IMG/VR virus record: IMGVR_UViG_3300030376_003142
Location: 1-47,025 of that record
DNA length: 47,025 nucleotides
Strand: one strand, 5' to 3'
DNA from: a virus
Taxonomy: Duplodnaviria > Caudoviricetes
In this document: piece by piece, positions 18,801-27,937 of the stretch
Position numbering within the stretch: position 1 is the stretch's first letter
Layout of the letters: every line of letters begins with the position of its first letter
Notes under the pieces: generated by a model
What the model saw: the letters and a program-made list of their open reading frames with translations, nothing else
Told to the model about the DNA's origin: nothing
Databases searched by the model: none
Made by a program: the position numbers and the translations under genes

Positions 18801-21383
18801 CCATTTGATATAGGATCAAATAGATTTGCTCAGAATATTAACAACCTAAAACCAAATGTAAGTCCTGATAACCCAGAAGATGATCCATTACCAGCTGTAT
18901 CATATGCTGTTAGGGATGATATTGGTCAGGTTGAAACTAATGATCCAGCTCGTAGTATTTCTAAAGAAGCTACTCTTGAGTTCATACAGGATATTGGTGT
19001 TGGTATTGCATTGACTGAATCTAATTTCAGTGGATCTGATGTTACTCTATTCACAGAAAGTGATCATGGATTCAATAGTATCATAGAACTTAGTGGTATA
19101 ACAGGTGGTTCACAGTATGGTAGGAACTCTGGATCTGCTGAATTTTATTTCAGTGTTGATCTTGTAGGTGGTACTGGTAAAGGTGCAACTGCTGATGTTA
19201 CTGTTGCTGCTTCATCAACTATTACTGCTATGGATATGGTGGACTTCGGTTCAGGATATTCTGTAGGAGATGTTCTTACTGTAAGGGGAGTTCCATTCCA
19301 TACTCCAGGTGCTGATTGTCAGGTAACAGTTTCTGAGATTGATAATAACCTTGGTGATATTGTTCAGGTAGTTGGAATTGGAAGTACAGGATATAATGGT
19401 CTACGTAAGATAACCAATATTACTGATCCTAAGAAGATCATGTATGAAGGTGATGTCGGTGCTGCTTCGACGGGTGGATACTTCTATCACGTTGGTGTTA
19501 GTACTGGTATAACAAATATCCTTCATGATACCATAAGTGGTATAGCAACAGTTTATCTTGATGGGGACCTGGGACTAAGGCGGGGAGATATAATCCAGAT
19601 TAATAATTCTAATACAGTTTATAATGGACAACACCCAGTTCAGGAAAGGGTAGGTTATGGTGCATCATTATCAGTTTTGATAAATGCTGGATCATCACCA
19701 ACATTCCAAGAGGTTGGTGGATCTGCATATGCTCATGGTACTGGTATTAACTACAGAGCTTTTGGTAAAACTGTACCAATATACGGTGGTCAAACTACTA
19801 CTATAACATCTGGTATTAGTACTACTTCTACATCAATTTCATTAACTAAGAAGAATAAGTTCCGTAGAGGAGATTATATTCAGATTGAGGATGAGATTTG
19901 TCGTATTACTAACCAAGCATGTAATGAAGTTTCTAGGGGTGCTCTTGGATCAAATGCTACCAACCATGTTCAGAACACATGTGTTCAGAAGATAAAGGTA
20001 TTACCTATAGAATCTAGAAGACATAGTACGATACGTGCTTCAGGGCATACGTTTGAATACGTTGGATTCGGACCAGGTAACTATTCAACTGCAATGCCAC
20101 AGACTCAGGATAGAGTCTTGAATGATAAACAACAGTTGTTAGCACAGTCAACTGCTACTAGAGGTGGTAGTGTTGTTTACTCTGGTATGAATGATAGGGG
20201 TGAGTTCTTTATTGGTAGGAAGAAAATTGATGCTCTTACTGGTGAAGAGATATCAACTATTCAAAACTTTGATTCCACACCTATTCTAAACATTCCATCA
20301 ACGATTGATTTTGATGATCTAACAGTAAATGATAACCTTTATAGTAATGGTAATACTGAGATTGTTGATCTAAGGTTGAGGGGTAATAGATCTGGTGATG
20401 TAGGGGCTAGTGTTTATGTTGGTATCAATGGTTCTGCACAAGCAGCACCTGTAAGTACGATTGATAATATTATATTCAATCAGACATTTGATGCTGCTGG
20501 ATTTATTGGATGGATTAGAACTTCTGATTCATCACAACCATGGAAGAAGTGGGGACCAATTTCTGTTGATCATACAGAACATTATGCTATTGATAAGTTA
20601 GCACTCAATAAAAATAAGGTAGATCATCATTGGGTTTTAGAAACAAATGGAGACGCTAAGATAGTTGGTAGCACTCATGCTACTGGTATCGGTACATTTG
20701 GTCAAGGTGTAGTTGCTTCAACAGCTAAAGTTGGAGATTTAACTACTGGAAGAGTTGTAACAGCAGGTACTGGTGGTGAACTACAGGATAGTTCTTCACT
20801 CACATTCTCAGGTGCAACACTTACTGCCAATACTTTGGTAGTAACAACTGGTGCAACTGTAACACAAACATTGACTGCAGAGCAGGTAACGTCAACAGAC
20901 GATATGACTGCTGCTGGTACTGTTACTGCTGCTAACTTCATTGGTAATGGTGTTATACCTATCGGTGGTATCATCATGTGGTCTGGTACAGATTCTAACG
21001 TACCAAGTAACTGGGCGTTATGTAATGGATCAAACGGTACACCAAACTTAATTGATAAGTTTATTGTTGGTAGAGGTAGTGCTTATGCTGCTGGAACAAC
21101 AGGTGGTTTTACTGACTCTGTAGTTGTTCAACACGATCACACAGCAACATCAAGTGTTACTGACCCTGGTCACGCTCACACATTCAATTCTCACAATGAT
21201 GATACTGCTGATGGTAATACCTTGAATGATAGATCTAATCTACCTAATACAAGGACGATGACATCTAGTAATAATAGTACTGGTATTAGCGTTTCTACCA
21301 GTGTTGACCAAGAAGGTGTTTCTGGAGCTGGTAAGAACTTACCACCATACTACGCTATCGCATACATCATGCGAGTGAGTTGA
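15900..21383 (+). CDS. Large tail fibre/structural protein (beta-helix N-terminus, C-terminal tail-collar domain)
   Basis: MPLSRLENFLKN...RPFKTIQRAL...PRGTSIVG.DLRKTK; SPYIFNCS; C-terminal IPIGGIIMWSG...WALCNG.NGTPNL.DKFIVG...HDH...PGHAH...NLPPYYAIAYIMR collar/tip. Confidence 0.85.
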   Translation: MPLSRLENFLKNIQGNVIYVNPEELDATDDVSNTGNSRTRPFKTIQRALIESARFSYQLGKDNDKFDKTTIILSPGVHYVDNRPGYKIDTAGTVNDINGSSQTINQLSVGTEFDLQNAGNVLYQFNSIHGGVILPRGTSIVGQDLRKTKVRPKFVPDPNDTTVASSAIFRVTGGTYVREVSIFDGDPADRVYKDYTNNVYQPNFSHHKLTCFEFADGVNTVTGQGITDLDMYYAKLTLAYGNSSGRALPTYPTNDDFEPVVDEARIVGEISQLGSLEIEDIYSGINPSDPTATTIVSVVTSEPHGFNVETPINVKGVAGNSNVNGTEYDGVHVVSQVLSDTLFTYSVNTAPAATATPNLAGLSPIVTVESDTVTSSSPYIFNCSLRSVFGMNGLYADGSKATGFKSMVAAQFTGISLNKDDTAFVKYNNTSGTYQDQAALGTSAVLHTDSRARHKPTYESFHIKASNDAALQLVSTFAVGCGKQFICESGADASITNSNSNFGSVGFGADGSKSDAFSKDDKGFISGIVPAQKNYAKIINYNWLKLDVELTVAAPSTKLYLRGYNNKDTIPPAQSSIYTVGNKVGEDLGLTVAGITSTANVLMTVPSGSGVSGKKEYHVGRAAGINSITTNTITLQGSHNLFQGESIQFFSDTGSLPDGLDYGKTYYAITQSPLASDQIKIATSISNALANNAITGINNLGGGLRIVSDVAMKQPGDPGHPVQFDGTGWYVNVDSGNLLHTLITQNQSTITPETSNTFIKRKPDNRKDLQKIYRLRYVLPDGATNASQPQNGYSIADSGTVIDDDKFQNDNTPLTGDLDLRSDTNIIHASWASNVGIITTKFPHRLRRGQVIQINRLRSENNANGVSNLGYNGMHEILSIDDKKTFRIGINTNPGGISTITPSVPYTFHNLNIVGSGRTFSPYFVRKDYGNSYQIFNQEQVQEHQEGRQDGVYDLTLVGYTNIPEIAPFDIGSNRFAQNINNLKPNVSPDNPEDDPLPAVSYAVRDDIGQVETNDPARSISKEATLEFIQDIGVGIALTESNFSGSDVTLFTESDHGFNSIIELSGITGGSQYGRNSGSAEFYFSVDLVGGTGKGATADVTVAASSTITAMDMVDFGSGYSVGDVLTVRGVPFHTPGADCQVTVSEIDNNLGDIVQVVGIGSTGYNGLRKITNITDPKKIMYEGDVGAASTGGYFYHVGVSTGITNILHDTISGIATVYLDGDLGLRRGDIIQINNSNTVYNGQHPVQERVGYGASLSVLINAGSSPTFQEVGGSAYAHGTGINYRAFGKTVPIYGGQTTTITSGISTTSTSISLTKKNKFRRGDYIQIEDEICRITNQACNEVSRGALGSNATNHVQNTCVQKIKVLPIESRRHSTIRASGHTFEYVGFGPGNYSTAMPQTQDRVLNDKQQLLAQSTATRGGSVVYSGMNDRGEFFIGRKKIDALTGEEISTIQNFDSTPILNIPSTIDFDDLTVNDNLYSNGNTEIVDLRLRGNRSGDVGASVYVGINGSAQAAPVSTIDNIIFNQTFDAAGFIGWIRTSDSSQPWKKWGPISVDHTEHYAIDKLALNKNKVDHHWVLETNGDAKIVGSTHATGIGTFGQGVVASTAKVGDLTTGRVVTAGTGGELQDSSSLTFSGATLTANTLVVTTGATVTQTLTAEQVTSTDDMTAAGTVTAANFIGNGVIPIGGIIMWSGTDSNVPSNWALCNGSNGTPNLIDKFIVGRGSAYAAGTTGGFTDSVVVQHDHTATSSVTDPGHAHTFNSHNDDTADGNTLNDRSNLPNTRTMTSSNNSTGISVSTSVDQEGVSGAGKNLPPYYAIAYIMRVS

Positions 21384-21389
21384 TAAATA
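21382..21389 (+). promoter_or_regulatory. T4-type late promoter
   Basis: GATAAATA, followed by an AAGGAG ribosome-binding site before the ATG at 21415. Confidence 0.55.
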
Positions 21390-21414
21390 CACATACTAAG
21401 GAGTAATTTCGTAG

Positions 21415-24400
21415 ATGGCATCTGTCAATAAGAAATTTGCAGTTGAAAAGGGGCTGGAAGTCGGTGATGACGCTCTGGTAGTTGATGCTGACGGTAAACG
21501 TACTGGTATTGGTAAAACAGATCCGAAATATGGACTGGATGTTGCCTCTGCTGCCAATTTTGATGGAGTTATATCTGCCAATCAAGTTGGTATAGGTAGT
21601 ACACAACCAGCCAGAGATATTGATTTTGGTAAAGATATAATTGTTAGAAAGAAAATATATGATGTTCAAGATAGTGCAGGTTCTAACAGACAAGTTTTAA
21701 TATCAGTCGGTACTGGTATATCATGGAGTGATGGTGCTGATATCGATACAGATGCAGCAGGTCAACCAACTCAGATACAGTACAATGCAGGTCCAAAGTT
21801 TGGTGGTGCGGATAATTTTGTATTTGACTCCTCTAATTCTCGTGTCGGTATTGGTAGCACACTACCAGAGTACCTCTTAGATGTAAAAGGTGAGACTAGA
21901 ATTGATGGTGTTCTAAGAGATGCAGACAATGCAGTTGGTGCTGCTGGATCTATTCTTTCCTCTAATGCTAATGGAGAATTAGCATGGGTAGGTGCAGGTG
22001 CATCTACACTTAACATAATATACGTTACTGAAGATGGTGATGATGATAAGGATGGTAGAACTAACTCTACTTCTAAGAGAACTATAGAAGGTGCTATTGG
22101 AGTTGCTCAAGCAGGTGATGTTATAAGAGTTTCTGGTGGTATATACTACGAAGATAACCCAGTATTTGTTCCTCGTAATGTAACCATAGATGGTGATGAT
22201 CTAAGAAATACACAGGTTATTCCAAAGAATAAGAGGAAAGATTTATTCCATGTCAATAACGGTGTTCTAATACAGAACATGTCATTTGTTGGTGCTGCTA
22301 ATACAGGTGCCATAATATCTTTCCCACCACAGGGTATTGTAAACAATCATAGGTTTGTAAGTGCTACTGGTAGTCCTATTGTAAAGACTTCATGGAACTC
22401 TGGTGTATCTACTGCTCCAATCGCTGCTGATTATGATCCTACAAGTGGTATCTTAACATGTACTACAGAGAATCCTCATGGATTATCGGCTCCTTCAGTG
22501 TTCTCTATATCTACTGCTGCTTATAATTCAAAGGTAGGTATCTTAACACTCACAACTCCAGGTAATCATGGTATTTCAGTCGGTGAGTATGTTGCCGTTG
22601 ATAATAATGCATTAACATTCCGTTGTGCAATGGACGGATATGTTAGTAACCATACTTATCCTAGAGGTACTGATCCTTTTGGTGGTAAGTATGCAACTGT
22701 AACTGGTACACCTAGTACAACAACTTTAGAATTATTTGTTGGTAAGTCAGAGCAAACAACTCATACTGTAACTAATGCAACATATGAGCCTACAACTGGT
22801 GAGATGGAACTTACCATTGGATCTCATTCATTAACTGCTGGTGAGAGTATCAAACTTGCTGATTCATCTATAACCTTGAACTGTAACTTCGGAGCAGGTG
22901 GTAGTAAGGCATATCCAAGAACTACTATAGATTCCTTCCAGGCAATAGTAGGAACAACGTATGATCCAGTAACAGGTGTTATAAAAGTCAAGACAAATAT
23001 AGAACATGGTAAGAAGGATGGTGATTTTGTTAAGTTCGAGGATGGTGCTGTAACATTCACTTGTCTAGAGGGTGGTGGTAATCATAACTATCCAAGATCA
23101 ACTGACTTTGCAAGTGGTAAGTATATTCCAGTTAGTAACGTAACTGCTGATACATTTGAAGCAGTTATACTTGATAGTGAGGGTATTCCATCAACTAATC
23201 AGACAGACCATACATTTGTAAGTGGTGTTGCTTCTGCTGTCAAGTTCAAAAGAGATAGGGCATACGATCAACCGATTGAGATAACCAATGCTACTGATGA
23301 TTCAATCTTTATCAATGTTGGTATATCAACCATTACTAATGCTCATACATTTGTAAGTGCAACAGGTAATGGAGTTATTGCTCAAGGTGAGTATGAACAT
23401 TCATTCATCAAGTCTACTGGATCTCTAAGGAAATCTAATGATGTGGTAGGTATTACCACAAATGCTCTTACCTTTACATGTGAGCAAGATAAGCATAGTT
23501 CTAATCACACATATCCTAGACCAACAGACCATGTAGCAGGTATTATGACTGCTGTTACTGCTGTAGCTGATGCTAATACATTTACTGTCAACATTGGAGA
23601 TGCAGGTGCTGGAGCAAGATATGTTGGTTTATGTACACAGTCACCTTATGTAAGGAACTGTACAAACTTTGTTCCAGATTCAGTTGGAATGAGAATAGAT
23701 GGTAATCATCAAGAGGGCATCAAGTCCATGGTGGTTGATTCTTATACTCAATATAATCAAGGTGGTATCGGTGTTACCATATCTAATGATGGATATGCTC
23801 AGTTAGTTTCTATATTCACAGTTTGTGATGAGGCAGCTATTACTTGTGTATCTGGTGGACAGTGTGATGTCAACAACTCTAACGCATCATTCGGTACTTA
23901 TGGTCTTATAGCATCTGGTGTTGGTACTGTTCATCAATCAGGTTCACTAGCAGTAGAAGCAATAGCTGAAGATAATCAGGTAGTTGTTTCTGGTATATCA
24001 CAGAGACCATACACAGGTCAAGTATTTTATATTGGTGAACTATTCAATGAGATAGTTGAAGTTGAGATAACAAATCCTGGTAGTGGATATACATCTGCTA
24101 ACCCGCCTAAAGTAACACTAGCTGCTCCGAACGGACCAGGTGGTATTACTGCTGAGGGTGTTGCTGTTATAAGTGGGTTCGGATCTTGTACTGCTGTTGA
24201 CTTGTTTGCTACAGGTTCTCAGTACAGAGGAACACCAACAGTAACCTTTGAGGCACCTGGATCTGGTATAACTGCAACTGGTACTGCCAAAGTAGCACCT
24301 AAGTATTATACTATAAATAGTGCGACACCAGTTACAGCTGGAGTTTCTACAATAACTGTTGATCAGACTATACCAGCCAATGTCGGTATTGGTTCTACGG

Positions 24401-24702
24401 TACCATTTGCCCGACAATCTCTGATCCTTGCTTCATCATATACTTTTGAATATATTGGTGCTGGTCTAACTATTGGTCAGGCATTACCTAAAGATGGTGG
24501 TGTTACCATACCTGCAAATGAAACTGTATCGGAGAGAGGGGGTCGAGTTGTTTATACATCTACTGATGAAAGGGGTAACCTGAAAGTCGGTGATGGATTT
24601 ACAATCAACCAACAAACTGGAACCGTTACAGGTGACGCTTTCAATAAGTCTATTCAAGCCACACTCACACCACTCATTATCGCCTTAGGAGGAGGAATAT
24701 AA
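21415..24702 (+). CDS. Tail fibre-like structural protein with a pectin-lyase-like beta-helix and repeated domains
   Basis: RVGIGST.P..LDV repeats; IYVTEDGDD..DG...KRTI..A...GDVI.V..G.Y.E.NP; QSPYVRNCT; Cys-x(n)-YPR repeats. Confidence 0.8.
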   Translation: MASVNKKFAVEKGLEVGDDALVVDADGKRTGIGKTDPKYGLDVASAANFDGVISANQVGIGSTQPARDIDFGKDIIVRKKIYDVQDSAGSNRQVLISVGTGISWSDGADIDTDAAGQPTQIQYNAGPKFGGADNFVFDSSNSRVGIGSTLPEYLLDVKGETRIDGVLRDADNAVGAAGSILSSNANGELAWVGAGASTLNIIYVTEDGDDDKDGRTNSTSKRTIEGAIGVAQAGDVIRVSGGIYYEDNPVFVPRNVTIDGDDLRNTQVIPKNKRKDLFHVNNGVLIQNMSFVGAANTGAIISFPPQGIVNNHRFVSATGSPIVKTSWNSGVSTAPIAADYDPTSGILTCTTENPHGLSAPSVFSISTAAYNSKVGILTLTTPGNHGISVGEYVAVDNNALTFRCAMDGYVSNHTYPRGTDPFGGKYATVTGTPSTTTLELFVGKSEQTTHTVTNATYEPTTGEMELTIGSHSLTAGESIKLADSSITLNCNFGAGGSKAYPRTTIDSFQAIVGTTYDPVTGVIKVKTNIEHGKKDGDFVKFEDGAVTFTCLEGGGNHNYPRSTDFASGKYIPVSNVTADTFEAVILDSEGIPSTNQTDHTFVSGVASAVKFKRDRAYDQPIEITNATDDSIFINVGISTITNAHTFVSATGNGVIAQGEYEHSFIKSTGSLRKSNDVVGITTNALTFTCEQDKHSSNHTYPRPTDHVAGIMTAVTAVADANTFTVNIGDAGAGARYVGLCTQSPYVRNCTNFVPDSVGMRIDGNHQEGIKSMVVDSYTQYNQGGIGVTISNDGYAQLVSIFTVCDEAAITCVSGGQCDVNNSNASFGTYGLIASGVGTVHQSGSLAVEAIAEDNQVVVSGISQRPYTGQVFYIGELFNEIVEVEITNPGSGYTSANPPKVTLAAPNGPGGITAEGVAVISGFGSCTAVDLFATGSQYRGTPTVTFEAPGSGITATGTAKVAPKYYTINSATPVTAGVSTITVDQTIPANVGIGSTVPFARQSLILASSYTFEYIGAGLTIGQALPKDGGVTIPANETVSERGGRVVYTSTDERGNLKVGDGFTINQQTGTVTGDAFNKSIQATLTPLIIALGGGI

Positions 24703-24703
24703 A

Positions 24704-25042
24704 ATGGCTGCAATTCCATTAAATAGATTTAGAACCATTACCCATACGGTAACTCAATCTGCTGTTGGCATATACACATGTCCTCCAGGAGTTGCATCGC
24801 TTATCATATATGGTAATGTTTCTAATGTCGGTCAGGGAAGTTCAATAACTTCTTTTACAGTAAAACATACTAGAGATGCAATTGACACTGAGATCGTAAG
24901 GGATGCTAGAATCCCACATCAAGATGCTATGAACTTCATTGACGGAAGACTTGTTCTTGAAACAGGTGATATTCTGAAAATTGAGGGATCTCAAAATAAT
25001 GATATGAAGTGTATTATCAGTATACTAGAGAACGCTAAGTAA
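24704..25042 (+). CDS. Small virion structural protein
   Basis: IYTCPPGVASLI...VSN...GRLVLETGD.L.I...CIISILE, a typical cyanophage fibre-adjacent protein. Confidence 0.7.
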   Translation: MAAIPLNRFRTITHTVTQSAVGIYTCPPGVASLIIYGNVSNVGQGSSITSFTVKHTRDAIDTEIVRDARIPHQDAMNFIDGRLVLETGDILKIEGSQNNDMKCIISILENAK

Positions 25043-26944
25043 ATGAGATTATTATCTGGCAGAGTAGGAGTTACCTCTTACGCAGGGCTATCAACCTATA
25101 GAAAACAGACTCCAGATCTTCCTGGATTTTTGTCATTATCTGAGGCAGAACCTAATTTAGGTTTACCTGATAATAATGACCAGGTTTTGTATGGTGGTAT
25201 AGATGGTTCTAGGTATTGGGGAGCTGCTGGTGGTGCTCCGTCAGGTTCAGTTGATGGTATAACAGTACAAGAAGATGGTGTAACACCAGTTGGTTATGGT
25301 GGATCTGTTACTATATTAAACTTTATTGGAAATGGAGTTGATGTAACAGAAGCCAAGTTCATGCAGTCTGGTGCGACTATTGGTGTATCTACGGTAGAAA
25401 TTAATAAGTCGGTAAATGAGGTATCAGATGCTAATGATTTTGTTAGAGCAACTGGTATAACAACATTCAAGGTTGGATATGGTTTATCTTATATTGAAGA
25501 ACCAGGTAAACCAGGTATTGTAAGTATATTCTCTGCTGGTGGTGCTCAAACCAAGATGCAGAATGAAGATGGTACTGATGCATTTACTAATGTTAGTACC
25601 ATGAGAATCGGTTATGGTATGACTGTATCTCAAGTTAGTATTGGTATTGCATCCTTAGGACTCACTGGTCACGTTGAGAATTGGTCTGCTACAGGTATTG
25701 TAACTTCAGGTCTAGGATTCAAGGGTGACTTGGTTGGTGCAGGTGTTACTGCTACTTCTGGAATCACTGGAAATCTCACAGGTAATGTGACTGGTGATCT
25801 TACAGGAGATTCAGCAGGTACTCACACTGGACGTAACATAGGACATGTTACAGGTGATATTAATTCTGTTGGTGTATCTACCCTAAAGCAGGTTTATCTT
25901 GATACAATACAAGCAACAGGAATTGTAACTACTGCTGCTGGATTTATTGCTCCAGTTGGTAGTTTCGGATTCTTAGGATCATTAAACTCTACAGGGATAT
26001 CTACAGTTGCCTTTTTCAATGGAACCAATATTAACGTATCTGGTATTGCCACTGCTGCTGGCGGTTTTGTGGCAGGTGTTGGTGGTGTCGGAGGATCAGG
26101 ATTCACAGGACGACTAACGGGTGATGTAACTGGTAATGTAAACGCTGCAGGTATTTCTACTATACCACAGTTGCTTGGTACTACTGGTAACTTTACTGGT
26201 GTAGTGACTGCATCAAGTTTTGTTGGTAGTTTCACTGGTGATATAACTGGTGACTTGACTGGTGCTGCTTCTCAAATAACATTATCAAATGAAGGAACTG
26301 ATACAACCTGCTACCCAGTTATGGGTAAAGCACCTACAGGTAATAAAGCACCTGTAACTAATACTAATCTAGTATTCAATTCTTCTAATGGTACATTATC
26401 TGCAACTACATTCAGTGGTAGTGGAGCAAGTCTAACTAACCTTCCATCTGGAAATCTTACAGGTGCTTTACCTACTCTTGATGGTTCTGCATTAACTGAT
26501 GTTGATGCTGCAAGGGTTGAATTGATAGTTTCAAGTAATACTAATGCTACACATTATCCTACATTTGTAGATACTGTAAATGGTACAGAGAATGTAAGAA
26601 CGGATGCTGATTTCAGATATAATCCAGGAACAAATGTTCTAACTGCTGGAACATTTGATGGTCTTTCTACAGGATTAACTGGAACTCCATCTATTAGTGT
26701 AACTGACATCACACTCAATGGCAACATGGAGCCTGATGCTGATGCAACTAGAAATCTAGGTAGTGCATCAAAGAGGTGGGCAAATGTTCATACTGCTGAC
26801 ATGCATTTCAATAATACTGGTACAGGTGGTAATGATATAGATGGAACTGAAGGACACTGGATACTACAAGAGGGTCTTGATAACATATACATGATAAACA
26901 AGAAAACAGGTAAGAAATATAAGATAGCATTGACTGAGGTCTAA
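25043..26944 (+). CDS. Tail fibre protein
   Basis: GNLTGNVTGDLTG and ATGIVTA repeats; C-terminal RNLGSASKRWANVHTAD...GNDIDGT.G.W.LQEG...INKKTGKKYK domain. Confidence 0.85.
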   Translation: MRLLSGRVGVTSYAGLSTYRKQTPDLPGFLSLSEAEPNLGLPDNNDQVLYGGIDGSRYWGAAGGAPSGSVDGITVQEDGVTPVGYGGSVTILNFIGNGVDVTEAKFMQSGATIGVSTVEINKSVNEVSDANDFVRATGITTFKVGYGLSYIEEPGKPGIVSIFSAGGAQTKMQNEDGTDAFTNVSTMRIGYGMTVSQVSIGIASLGLTGHVENWSATGIVTSGLGFKGDLVGAGVTATSGITGNLTGNVTGDLTGDSAGTHTGRNIGHVTGDINSVGVSTLKQVYLDTIQATGIVTTAAGFIAPVGSFGFLGSLNSTGISTVAFFNGTNINVSGIATAAGGFVAGVGGVGGSGFTGRLTGDVTGNVNAAGISTIPQLLGTTGNFTGVVTASSFVGSFTGDITGDLTGAASQITLSNEGTDTTCYPVMGKAPTGNKAPVTNTNLVFNSSNGTLSATTFSGSGASLTNLPSGNLTGALPTLDGSALTDVDAARVELIVSSNTNATHYPTFVDTVNGTENVRTDADFRYNPGTNVLTAGTFDGLSTGLTGTPSISVTDITLNGNMEPDADATRNLGSASKRWANVHTADMHFNNTGTGGNDIDGTEGHWILQEGLDNIYMINKKTGKKYKIALTEV

Positions 26945-26949
26945 ATTCT

Positions 26950-27801
26950 TTGACAGTTGAAATATATGATGATCTAATTGAATCTGATCTTCAGCAAGAG
27001 GTGTATGATTATATTCAGACACGATCATGGTATTCTCGTTGGATAGGTGCTACTGATCAATTGTTGAATGATGATTATACTGATAAAGAATATCATATCA
27101 AATATAATATAAAAGGGATTAATGAGTATATACCTTCTAGGGATGGTAAGTTTGGTCATAGACATAGTATAGTTTCTACATCTGGATTTGATGATAGTAA
27201 AGATAGATTCAGTATGTACCGTCATCCATTTGGTATAAGTGATGAGCAAATTAGGGGTAGAAGTCCATTGATCTATAAGTTATGGACTGATATCAATAGT
27301 AAATTGTTTGATAGTAAGGCAACTCTTGATGGTATAGGTGAAAGGATTGGTGGACTTTTATTTCAGAGGAAGTTTGTATTTAAAGATAATCTAGACTTCT
27401 ATCGTAAGTATACTCTACCATTGAATACTCAAGGGTTTACATGTTATTTGAACGGTAGGTGTTATAATCCTTTTTCTGGAGATAAATTGAAGGGTAGGAC
27501 AGGACAGATACACAAGGACACTGGTCCACATGATTCTGATCATGAATATTATACTGTATTATATGTTGCAAATCTAACATGGTTACCAACTTGGGGTGGT
27601 GAACTTGTATATTATGGTGAAGAAGATACTACTGAGAAGCATTGGAAGGATGGGTATAATGTTGGTTGGCCAAAGCACATGATTGGCAATAGACCAAATA
27701 GAATAGTTAAGTATTCACATGATGAAACTCATATGTCATTGAATCCAAGAGCTGATGCACCAGAAATGAGTCAGAGGGTGGCATTTCGGGTAAAATTATA
27801 A
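26950..27801 (+). CDS. 2OG-Fe(II) oxygenase (prolyl-hydroxylase-like)
   Basis: IHKD...TVLYVANLTW.PTWGGEL.YY...PNRIV.Y...HMS..P...R..AFR; TTG start. Confidence 0.78.
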   Translation: MTVEIYDDLIESDLQQEVYDYIQTRSWYSRWIGATDQLLNDDYTDKEYHIKYNIKGINEYIPSRDGKFGHRHSIVSTSGFDDSKDRFSMYRHPFGISDEQIRGRSPLIYKLWTDINSKLFDSKATLDGIGERIGGLLFQRKFVFKDNLDFYRKYTLPLNTQGFTCYLNGRCYNPFSGDKLKGRTGQIHKDTGPHDSDHEYYTVLYVANLTWLPTWGGELVYYGEEDTTEKHWKDGYNVGWPKHMIGNRPNRIVKYSHDETHMSLNPRADAPEMSQRVAFRVKL

Positions 27802-27805
27802 CTAT

Positions 27806-27813
27806 AATAAATA
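27806..27813 (+). promoter_or_regulatory. T4-type late promoter candidate
   Basis: AATAAATA about 125 nt upstream of the fibre ATG at 27938. Confidence 0.4.
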
Positions 27814-27937
27814 AGTTTAGCATGATATTATATAAAATAATATCAATTTTATTAAACCATGTGAGCGAAAGGAACCTGCACTGAGGTATCCATGCTGCAA
27901 AGGTCTGATTCTTTACAACCCATAGGAATATTCATCC

